Source: a virus
Virus record (IMG/VR): IMGVR_UViG_3300045125_000156
Length of the DNA: 50,155 nt
Direction: 5' to 3' (one strand)
Below the pieces are notes generated by a model. That model was not told where the DNA came from, made no database searches, and saw nothing but the letters and a program-made list of their open reading frames with translations. Made by a program: the position numbers and the translations under genes. Shown here one piece after another: positions 40,326 to 50,155 of this stretch (positions are counted from its first letter, which is position 1; each line of letters begins with the position of its first letter).

Positions 40326-41647
40326 TCAGCCACCTGCTCCTGCGTCAGCACCATAGACATCAACCAGCCTTTCAAAGGCCGCCTGAATCTGGTCGATGTG
40401 GCTCTTTTCGCCATCGCCGCCGAAATTCATGCGACCACTCGTGGACCGAGTGTTACCACGAACTTGCCGAGACTGGCGAGCTGCCCTCTCGAAATCAAGA
40501 TCTCCGCCGCATCTCTGTGCAGGCCCCAGGCAGAAGCGGGATCGCGGAAGAGCCACGATGCTGGTGATCTTGCCGGGGTCTGCGTTCAGGATCTTCTGCC
40601 CGAGCTTCAAGCCCGCGACCAGCACCGCCCGCTCGGCCTCGTCCAGTTCATGCAACTGCACGCGGCTCGTGACCTCCTGCTTGAGCTGAGCCTGAATCTG
40701 CTCTTTGCCCGGAAGTTCACGCTTGAGCAGGGTGGCGAGCGCCGTACCGAGAACGATACCCTTCTTGCCAAAATGATCGAACTCGGCGGCCTCGCTTACC
40801 GAAGCCGTGGGGTAAGCATCGGCGCCAAACTCCTGATGAAACTCCGCAAGGAGCGCCTTCGACACCGGGCCGGCGGACACGTAACGGAAGGCCTCGGCCT
40901 CGGCCGATTCGTTCCGCAGCATCTTGTAGAGCGCCCCGCCAAGGTCGACGTTTCTCGACGAGAGCTCACCCCAGATCTGGTGGATCTCGTAGTCCATATC
41001 CCACGAAGACGGGATACGGCGGTCGCGGCCGATGTCGAGCTCGACGAAGTTGTAGCCCGTCGAGTAGTTCGGGCGCGTCGTGCAATACACACCCTTGACG
41101 AAGATCTTGCCGACGTAATCGGCGTCGAAGATCACCGAGCCGCGACTGGCCGTTTCGACCTTCGTCGGCGCGCGCAGCGCTAGAAGCATGTCCTGGATCG
41201 CCGCCCACGCCTCCGAGTTCACGCCGTGAATCTCGACCTTGAAGTCCTTGTTCTCGGCGCTTCCCTTGCGGATATTGACGGTCAACACTTCTTGCCCGAG
41301 CTTGTCGGGCTCAATCGAGGCTGCCACACCTCGGATCCATTACGGATCAAGAGCTTGTAGCCGAGCCGGGCGAAGACCAGCATGGCGATCTTCAGGCCCT
41401 CGCCGTACTGGCCGATGTAGCGCACGTACCCGTGCTTGGACGTACCGCCAAAATAAAGCGCTTTGGCATCGACCGTCACGCCCCGGTTGATGAGCGAAAG
41501 AATCTCTCGCTTGGGGTCATGCTTGGCGGTGAAGGCCGCACCGTTCTGAGACTCGCCATCGATGCCGTTGGCTACCAGTTCGCGGATGGCCTCGCGAATG
41601 GTCCAGTCGCGGACGTAGTCGACGGTGATGGGGTATTGAAACTTCAC
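40326..41647 (-). CDS. GHKL (Hsp90-like) ATPase with C-terminal HExxH-like motif (frameshifted)
   Basis: YVRDWTIREAIRELVANGID...LYFGGTSK...IGQYGEGLKIA; near the C-terminus VHEWSHEF across an indel. Confidence 0.8.
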
Positions 41648-42432
41648 GGGACACTCCTTCTGCAGCGGCCACAATGGACGCGTGCGAAGGCTTGTACCCG
41701 TTACTTGTCAGAATTTTCGACGGTGATGGGGCGCAGGATATCGTCTGAGAAGTAGACGTTACTCGGTCCACTCAGGCGTCTTGATCGGCGTGGGGAGCGC
41801 TTCGTACTTTTGTTAAAGAAGACGTCCGCCGTTTTCTTGGCCAGCCCTGGGCCTCCGGGGTGCTTTGGCCGGTGCCTTAATCTCAAAATCAACTTGGGCT
41901 CTGCGTCGCTCAGGTTGATCTTTCGGATCTGGGCTTGGGCCTGAAGGCCGCACTCAAGCGGGGCGAAGTGGTCAGAGACATGGAACTCCCTCGCCCTCGT
42001 CTTCAGCGGCCTTGATGTACTTCCGGACGCTGTGCGCCTTGTGCAATACGAAGAGGAACTCGTAGTGCTCCATATCACTTTGGATTGGGGATTTTGGGCA
42101 GGGCCTGCGCGTAATACTTGAATGCCATTTCGCCGGATTTCGTTGATGCGGGCCTGCTTGACCGGACAGTCGCGGGCGTTCAGCGTGTTCAACGCCGACA
42201 ACTCCACGGCGAAAAGCGTCTGCTCGGGTGCAAGCTGCATCTCGAGGCGCACAGCGCGATGAACTTGGTGATGCGCACCGCCGCCTCTTTCCCTTCACTG
42301 AAAGGGTCGGCCGATGGCTTCTTCTTCGCGCCCAGACCCAGGGGTCCTTTACGCTGCGCTCTTCGGGCTCTTCGGGGCGCGTGGCCCAGGCCGCCAGACC
42401 CTTCAAGCTTCTCATAAGTCTTGGCGAGGTCG

Positions 42433-42741
42433 TCAAGCGCGCGGCTCTGACCCTCGACGTAAAACCGACCCTTGCTCACGGCGTCTTCTCGGCACGAGTT
42501 CAACCGCGCTGGTGCATTCCGTACGCGTTCCCGATCGCTCGACCACCAGGAGTTGAGATCGCGTCGTACCGGCAGGCGCGCGCTTGACGTCGAGATCAAA
42601 CGGCTCCGCTTTGTCCCACTCCTTCGGCGGATAGACCGACCGGGCTTTACAGTGGCCATACCAGACTTCTTTCTTCTTACCCGCTACGTACTTGTACTGC
42701 TGGGAGAAGTGGGCGCTAGTCGCACAGGGGATTCGGTTCAT
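42433..42741 (-). CDS. hypothetical protein
   Basis: GAGG RBS, ATGA coupling. Confidence 0.4.
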   Translation of the reverse strand: MNRIPCATSAHFSQQYKYVAGKKKEVWYGHCKARSVYPPKEWDKAEPFDLDVKRAPAGTTRSQLLVVERSGTRTECTSAVELVPRRRREQGSVLRRGSEPRA

Positions 42742-43067
42742 GACTTCCTCGCAATCAGGACATCGTGATCTTCAAGCGACTTACGAACTTTCGCGCTCTG
42801 GGACTTCGCGTCTAAAAGCGCCAGGGCGATCCGGTCAATCGCCATGAGCTTTGCCATTTTCTCGTCAAAGGAGCTCGCCTTTACGTAAAGCGTCAAAGCC
42901 CCCAAGGTCACGGTGACCTTGGGTGCCAGCAGCTTCTGGGCGTCGAGCACGATTGATTGCCGCGCAAATTCTCCTAAGAGCGCCTTGTCGACCTTTAGCG
43001 TCGCGTCGATCGCACGCCCGAGCGCGTCCTGGGCGTACTTGGATAACTTCGCGCCGTCGCGCTCCAA
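42738..43067 (-). CDS. hypothetical protein (start probably further upstream)
   Basis: Helical ORF coupled to 42741. Confidence 0.4.
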   Translation of the reverse strand: MERDGAKLSKYAQDALGRAIDATLKVDKALLGEFARQSIVLDAQKLLAPKVTVTLGALTLYVKASSFDEKMAKLMAIDRIALALLDAKSQSAKVRKSLEDHDVLIARKS

Positions 43068-43217
43068 GCTAAAAAGCCACGGTGACCTGAAAGGCTCGCC
43101 CGTCGAAGGTCATCTCACGGCGCGGCACGCCCTCGACAGACTCTTCGGCGATACGTTCGGCACGGTCAACCGCCGTATCGTGTTCGGGCTTGGCCCACGG
43201 GCTCAACACCCCTTTGG

Positions 43218-43680
43218 TCACGACGCCCCCGAGAGTTGCGGGTCGTGGCAGTCGTAGTGAACCATCTCGTACTCAGCGGCGCACTGCACGGCCTTGGCCC
43301 CGGTGTCGGGGTCTTCGCCGATGCCCTCCACGATGATGGTCGGGACTACCCGGTCGCCGCGCACAAAACGTTTCTTGCAGCGCGCGCACATATAGTCAGG
43401 AACGCGAGCTCCCAAGGTTGCGACTTCTGTGTCCATTTTCAGGGCGCTTCTTGCGAGGTCAACAAAGGGGCCGTCCAGCGCGGTGACATTTTTGCACTGA
43501 ACGTGGGCGTATTCTTCGCCCTCGGAAACGTAAGAAGGCAATCCCCGGCGCCACGCGGGTGCGGGCCGATGCCCGCCACGATCTTGATCTCCGTCCGTCG
43601 ATCCGTGGCGGGCAAGGACCTCCGCGACACTTCGCGCAAGTATCTGGCCCGGTGCGTACGGTGACTTCTCTCCGATACTC
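43218..43680 (-). CDS. Cys/His-containing hypothetical protein (frameshifted)
   Basis: HVQC, CARC and HYDC motifs in duplicated sub-domains. Confidence 0.45.
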
Positions 43681-43695
43681 CACCGGGCGAACGTA

Positions 43696-45705
43696 TCACA
43701 CTTTTGTTGAAAGCACGCGCAAAGAGCGTCTTGGTCGATTCAAGATCGGGGTTGAGCGGGTGCAGGATGCAACTCCGGATGGTGGCGGCGTAGCTGCTTG
43801 TTTCGACCAGAGCACGCGATCGTCGAGCACCGCAGGCACGGCCCCATGTGCCGTCTCGCGGCGGATCAAGCGCCCGGCCCCCTGCTTGAAGTCCATGATG
43901 GCTTCTTGCAGGTCGTTGCTGCTGCCATGAGCGATCAAAGACGCCTTGTTCTCGTCGGCCCCGTTTTCGATGTGACGCTGCACCGTGCGGCTTTTTCGCG
44001 CCGTGAAAACCGGGTCGTCGGGATTGGGAAAGGCAGCCGGGGGAGTACGACGAGCCGCAAAGCCAAAGCCCAGGAGGTCCACGCGCCTCCCAGAGCGACT
44101 TCATGCCCAGGGCGACACCGTTCTTGGTCGACTTGAACCAGCTGATAAGGTTATCGACGTTTCCGCTCTGCGCTCGAGCTTCGTAGTCATAGGGCGTAGC
44201 GCGGCGAGCCGGTCATAAAAGGCCATCATGTCTTCGTAAGAGGCGCACAGCACGAGCGCGCCGCCCGGAAGGCCGTGAAGGCTCATCCATCGCCGACGTG
44301 CAGGTGCGCCAGTAATCGGCTTTTGTATCGCGGCCGTAGGGTGCGGTCTTGTCGCTGACGTAAAGACAAGAGCGGGATTTGTAATCGAACACGGGCGGCA
44401 GGATGACCGCGTGCTGTACGTCCGACGGCCGCAGCCCGAACTCCCGGCTGACGTAATCGAAAGTACCGCCCGTGGAGAGCGTCGCGCTCGTGAAGACCAC
44501 CGTGCCAATTTGACGTAGCGCCGGGCCGATCGAAGGGCCGATCTCAACAGGCGTGGCAATGACTTCCCGGTGCGCGTCGTTGCGCGACTGCTTGGTCTCA
44601 ACGTAACTGATGTAATTCTCGGTTTCGAAACGCGGCGAGATCTTCCGGCACCTCTTTGTCGAGAACCGAACTGCAGACCGAGCACGCGCCGAGCATACGC
44701 TGCGTAATGGTGGCGGCGGCCCGGAGCCGCCCCAAGAGCTGGGGCTCGATCGTTGAGAAGCGGTTTTCAACCTCTTCGTCATCCCGCTGCTCGGGCATCG
44801 ACCACACCCCGCGAGCAATGAATTGGTCCTTGAGCGCGCGCAGGTCTTCGGCGACAGCGTTCGTGTTCTGCACGACCTCGCGGCTCGGTTGAATGGTGCC
44901 GCGCTCCGAAGGCGCGATAAGAAGCGATCGACGTTGTGGTCAAGCGTGTCGGGCACGAAAATAGACGTATCGGCAAGCAGCTTGCGCAAGGCTTCCGGCT
45001 GCTTGCTCTGAATGCGACAGGTAAAGGCCTCTCGAAAATAACGTGCGGCTTGATGGGCCTCGTCGATCACCAGCGCGTCGTATTCCCCCAGGAGCTTTCC
45101 CGCGCCCAGGGCCAGGTCGTAAGCCAGCAGCGCGTGGTTGACGATCAGGATGTCGGCCGCCCAGCGCCTCGGACTTGGCCCGCTTGGTAGCCGCAGTTGC
45201 GGTAAAAATCACAGACCGTTCCGATGCACTCGTTAACACGAACGTGATTGGCAAAGTCTACCTCTCCGGTAAAGTCGTCGAGTTCCGCGAAATTGTCCTG
45301 GGCTATCCACTGCGAGAACGCCGGAAATCTGCACGAGGTCAAAGCGGTAGGCGGCCTCCCCGTGGCAAACTCCCGCGCGCGCATCATGCACACGTAGTTG
45401 CTCTTGCCCTTCAGCGACGCGAACTGCGCCTTCGACGGTAAGCGCCCCAAAAGAAAAGGCAGGTCCTCGTCGCGAAGCTGCTTCTGCAGAGCCTTCTTCG
45501 CCGTCGAAACGACCACCCGCTTACCGCTCAGGATCGCGGGGACAAGATACCCAAAGCTCTTGCCGGTCCCCGTGCCGGCCTCGATCATCGCGATCCCTTT
45601 GTCTTGTAAAACCTTCTCAACCAGCGTAGCCATTTCGACCTGAGCAGGTCGAACCGTACAAGCAATCCCCTTCGCCGAATCTGACAGCCATTCTGCTGCG
45701 CTCAT
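43696..45705 (-). CDS. DinG/YoaA-family ATP-dependent DNA helicase (frameshifted)
   Basis: RPAQVEM, EAGTGTGKS.GYL.P, LKGKSNYVC, Fe-S Cys, IDEAH, TSATL, LWE, FPNPDDP, FKQGAGRLIR, LDDR. Confidence 0.92.
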
Positions 45706-45765
45706 TCTTTCTCCTCGGCGCGTGACAAATACGCGCCAAGGGCATATACCACGAACAGGTGTAAA

Positions 45766-46325
45766 ATGACGATTCAACGCCCCGGAAAGTACGCCGCTGA
45801 TGAACTCGCCCAGGCCGCTCTCAACGATGAGGAGCCCCAGCCGGCCGCAGAGGAAAAGCCTGCGGCTCCGGAAGAAACAACCAGAAGTCTCCCATTGAGC
45901 GATGGCGCGACGCCACTGAAGCTGCCGGCATCACGGAAGAAGAGGCTGACAAAGTTCTCGACGCCGTGTTGGCGCAGGGCTATTACGAAAAAGCCTGCAA
46001 GGTTTTCCGCATGGCCGGCTAACGGTCGTTCTTCGCTCTCGCGACTCGGCAGCACTTCAGCGCGTATCTGACGCGCTCGACGCCGTTCGGACAAACGACC
46101 TGCGCGTGCACACGCAGACCATGAACCGTTACAACCTCGCTGCGTCGCTCGTGCGGTATCAGGACAAGGTGTTCAAGCACCCCGCCGGGAACGCCGACCC
46201 GGTCGAGCGCGAGCGCGCCTCGCACAGAGCGCTTGGGGTTTATTGATTCGATACCCGCGCCGGTCCTTCTGCAGCTCTATGCTGTTCTTGGAAAGTTCGA
46301 CGCGATTGTCTTTGCTGCGCTGAGC
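45766..46325 (+). CDS. hypothetical protein, possible tail-assembly factor (frameshifted)
   Basis: Divergent from the DinG gene; upstream of the tape-measure-like gene. Confidence 0.35.
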
Positions 46326-46329
46326 GAGG

Positions 46330-46770
46330 GCGCAGAGATGGGTTTCTAGCCTCCCCGTCAGGCTTGGCGCGATCCCGCTCTGCGTCACAAGGGGTCGCGC
46401 TTCCTCGACGCGGGGACGTTTCAGGACGTTCTCCTGCAAGAAGTTGATTATCGAGAACGCAATCTTCGTTATTCAGAAGTCATGCTGTTTACCACGTTGT
46501 TTGAATACCTTCTGATGTTGACGGCGGAGTTGGTTCCCGGAGATCAAAAACGCCAATCCGCCATGAAGGCGCAAATTACCAATCATGTGGAAAAAGTTAT
46601 CAGCAAGTACGAAGCTGAACTGTATCAGGAGCGCTACCTGCCAGAGTATCAGCGGGCCATGCGTGAGATTTCACGTCGTGAAAAAGAGGCTGAAGAGGAG
46701 GAGACGTCGCCGAGATCAGGCCGCGCTAGACCGCGTAGCTGAATTCGATGCGGACGCGCCTTCGCCGTAG
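46330..46770 (+). CDS. hypothetical protein (frameshifted)
   Basis: ...KYEAELYQERYLPEY...; position typical of a tail chaperone partner. Confidence 0.35.
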
Positions 46771-46782
46771 TACTACTTCGGC

Positions 46783-49700
46783 ATGCCCGATTTCGATCCG
46801 TCAGCCCCGACAGATTACAACTCGATGCAGCAGCAGGCCGGGCTGATACCTCCCCTCTTCAGCCGCCGCCTGTTATTTTTCCCGGGCAAGTATCTGCCGC
46901 GATAGCCCAGGGCGGCGTTTCCGCCACGTCATTCCTCACGCAAGGTTCTGTCGGTACGAGCTTCGGAGCCGGAGCCTTCCTGGCCGACAGCTGCAGGGGT
47001 TTACCAACCAGGCGCCGATGTTTCAGGGCCCGACCGGCGTTATGATGCCTATGGGGGCCAGCGCCTCCTTTGCGGCGTACCCCGGAATGAACCCTTACGC
47101 AGGGCTTGGGGCGTACGGGCCCTGCAACGGCCCGCCGGGCCTTTTCACGCCCTTGGCCCCAGCGCCCCCACCTGCGTACTCCGGGCAGATGGCGGCGCGA
47201 AACATGTTTACGCCGCCTCTTCCTTCGGCGCAGTTCAACATGGCGTATGCGGCTGACTTGCAGCGCCAGCAACTCGCGGAAGACGCCTCGTATACACAGC
47301 ACTTAGGTTTTGGCGGCGTTGCGGCGAGAGTTGAGCCGCCGGACTTAGCGGCATGGTCGGAGCGCGGCTGGGGCGCGGCATCGCTGGAGGATTTGGATCG
47401 GTACTGGGCGGATTTGCCGGGATGATTGGCTCTGAATATTTGGGCTTGGCCAAGGCGCTCAAAATCTCTTCATGAATCAGATTGGCGGCCCACTTCTAAA
47501 CCAGCGGGCGATGGCCGGCGGTATTGAAGAGATGTCGCAGGGGTTTGTTAATTCCGGTTCTTTTCTTCGCGATCGGGGGCGCGGTTTTAGTCATCACGCC
47601 TCAGCTGAAATAGCCTCTCGAATTGAGAGAAATGGCCAATAGCTCCCGGTTCCAGATGGACACCGGGAACAGGTTTAACCAACAGGATCTATATCAGATT
47701 ACACAGTCTGCCGCGCGCTCGGACATGATGACGGGGTTCAAAACCCCACACAAATGACATCGCGCGTTCGAGACATCGCCAAATCGTTGAGCGCCTTCAT
47801 GGAGCTGGCGCAAGAGCCCGATATCCAGAGGGCTATTTCGACGATGGGGCAGCTGCGCTCGTCGGGGTTAAACCTCAGCGAGACCACACGCGCCGTAGCT
47901 CAGGGGCGGCAGTTTGCGAGGATGGCCGGCACGACGTTCGGAGAACTGATGGAGGTCGGCGGGGCGCTTAGGCTCGCAGACGTTCCAATCGATGGGGTCG
48001 ACCCAAGGTCTGGGCCTTCAAACCGGCATGCAAAACTACGCGCTCGCACGCGGCGCGCGCAGCGCGGAGGAACGCTCAGTCCGCAGCTGATGAATCTGGT
48101 CGGCGGCGCACTGGGGCCTGGGCAACCTCAATAACCTTTTTCAGCGCCAGCACCCTGCAGAATGTCCATCGCTCCGGAGAGCGTTGCGTCCGCCAGCGGC
48201 GGCGTAAACATGGGGGTTGGCTGGGCGTTACAAAATCTGATTGGGGGCGGCACCAACGCATTCAGTCAGACGACAAGCGCAACAGCAGCTTTGCAGGCGA
48301 TGACCGGGCGGCAAGGAGTCGGCGGGCTCGGCATGGCCATCGCCATGCAGCCGTTGATGCAGGACACGATCGGTCGCGCGCTACAGGCGCAGGGCCCATT
48401 CGCGCAACGCAACCCTGAAGACCGCAACATCCTCAACACCATGCGCCAGATGGGCATGACGGGGGCTGGTGGGTTCATCACCATGGCGCAGACCATGGGA
48501 ATGGACCACAACCAGGCCGTCGCCCGTGCTCAGGAGCTCAGTGATCCGGAGTACTTCAATCGTATGCGGGCGCAGGTCGAAGCATCACGGCGTGAAAATC
48601 GTCGGGTGGGCTGAACTAGATCGCTATGAGCAAGAGCGCCCCGGATTCTTTTGACACGCTGGACACGCCTGGACCCGACGGGCTATATCCGAGAAAACGG
48701 CAACAGGCTTTTACCGGCTGGGGCTGCGACACCTTGGGCATATCCCATCAGAGATCTCTGGCGTTTACGGCGGCCTTGACCCACAAAACATGACGTCCGT
48801 GACGGAGGCTACAGTCTGATCGCGACCTATCACGCACCGCGCGTGGGATTGAAAGTCTGAGATGGTCGCGCGAAGGAGCACGACGGGGGAGCGCCGGCGG
48901 TCGATTATCAACTTGCCCGTGCGCGCGGGGGTACGAGGGATTGGGGGGCGTGATGACATGGCGGGGATGACCCACGCGCGGGGCCGTGGGATTTTTGGAG
49001 GACACGGCCGCCACAATGTTCGGCGGCCCCGCAACAGTTGCGGGGGCTTCGCTTGGTCGGACGCTACGCTCGCTCTGAAAGCCCAGAAGAAATCGCCAAC
49101 CGCGAAAACCTAGTGAATGAGTATCGAGGCGTGGGGCGCTTCGCAAGCGACATTTTAAACACTTCACGTTCAGCGGAAATCGCGGCGCTCCGAAACGTCG
49201 GAGGACCTTGAGAAGGCGCAGCAGGCGCCAATCGACAGGCGGAATTTGCCGGTCTGGCTACACGCGTGCTGTATGGTCAAGGCCCTGGGGGTATGTCTGA
49301 AGGCGCGGCGCAGGGGCTATCCTGTTTACGCGGGCCGGAGCGCAGCGGGCCATGGCGCGTGTGGGCGGCCCCCTTACAACCATGTTCTCGCCGGACGTAG
49401 GAAATGTTGTAGGCCTCGGCATGGGCCGAGAACGGCAACTTGAAGATGCATACGTTCAAGCGATGCGCGGGTCCGGGCAATCTGAAGAAGCTCTGCGTCG
49501 TTATTTTCAAGAAAATAGGCCTCAGGTCATCCAACAGAGTTTCCTCGGTAGCCCGGGCGGGCAATGACGCCTGAGGAGCGGGCCCTGCACGCTGTGACGT
49601 CGCTCAGTTTGGGTTGGGGCTGTCGGGTCAGGCGGAACGGGTTTCATTCAAGCGGCGCAAGCACGGCAGACCGGAGCTCTTGGGCGAATGTTTCCGGCCG

Positions 49701-50155
49701 AGAATTCGCTCAGTCGGAGAGCCACCGCGAAGCAATTCGAGGCGTTTTTTGAACGCGTCGCGAGTGGCCGGAGAGTTCGGGCGTAACGCCGAAGAGCGCA
49801 CAAAGTCCCAGAGACGCAATGGCGGCTCTAGCGATGTACCAAGCGGTAATTAACAATCCGAGGTCGAAGCCTCGAGGACGTCGCAAAAGCTCAAGCAAAA
49901 TTCCGACAACTAGAAACACATATCATGGCGAGCATTCGGGCTCCGAGCGCGGCCGCGACATGATCAATGCGGTTGATCAAGATCGCCGAACTGCTGGCGG
50001 CATAAACGAAAGCCCCGGAAGAGCAAGCGGCGGCGGAGGCGTTTTGTCAACACGACGATTGTCTAATCTGTCCCCAGACCGGTGAAGCGGCGCACGAAAC
50101 GCAGTTTCACGATAAGGAAACGGTTAAACATCAAATCTGATAACTGACGAGTACA
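46783..50155 (+). CDS. large tape-measure-like structural protein (heavily frameshifted, runs off the window)
   Basis: MPDFDPSAPTDY...; G/A/M/Q-rich helical fragments (ISTMGQLRSSG, ARMAGTTFGELM, GGLGMAIAMQPLMQ) in successive + frames. Confidence 0.5.

Noticed and set aside
26606-45705. Pseudogenes or programmed frameshifts in thyX, the DinG and SF2 helicases, DUF932 and others
   Set aside because: Indels occur throughout the window, including in conserved genes and apparently in tRNAs, consistent with uncorrected long-read error.
1-50155. Alternative genetic code (stop-codon reassignment)
   Set aside because: Gene breaks are frame changes rather than in-frame stops, and no suppressor-anticodon tRNA is present.

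Overview
This 50-kb, GC-rich window looks like part of a large tailed-phage (jumbo-like) genome. Almost all genes between 0.2 and 45.7 kb lie on the minus strand. The sequence carries many 1-nt indels (long-read-like), so most long genes are split across several ORFs in the track and many gene ends are approximate. From left to right: (1) virion-type and glycine-zipper proteins with recurring K-x-A motifs, plus a DUF5872 protein (0.2-6.1 kb); (2) small accessory genes separated by repeated terminator+promoter+leader modules (6.1-9.9 kb); (3) a DEDD exonuclease, then an AT-rich strand-switch region flanked by two ribbon-helix-helix-like genes (10.6-12.8 kb); (4) many small hypothetical genes; (5) a 3.6-kb tandem array of about 19 translationally coupled mini-genes built from x-A-V-x tetrapeptides, next to a DUF6745 gene (17.2-22.2 kb); (6) an SF2 helicase; (7) 12 tRNAs, 11 with U34 anticodons including Ile-UAU; (8) DenV-like glycosylase, GP88-like, DUF932-like, ThyX, a GHKL ATPase and a DinG helicase; (9) plus-strand tail/tape-measure-like genes. 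The best novelty candidates are the mini-gene array, a palindrome TTCAC-N3-GTGAA with 15 perfect dispersed copies (many inside genes), the cassette-like repeats, and the K-x-A/glycine-zipper polyproteins. All family assignments come from motif recall; no database searches were run.
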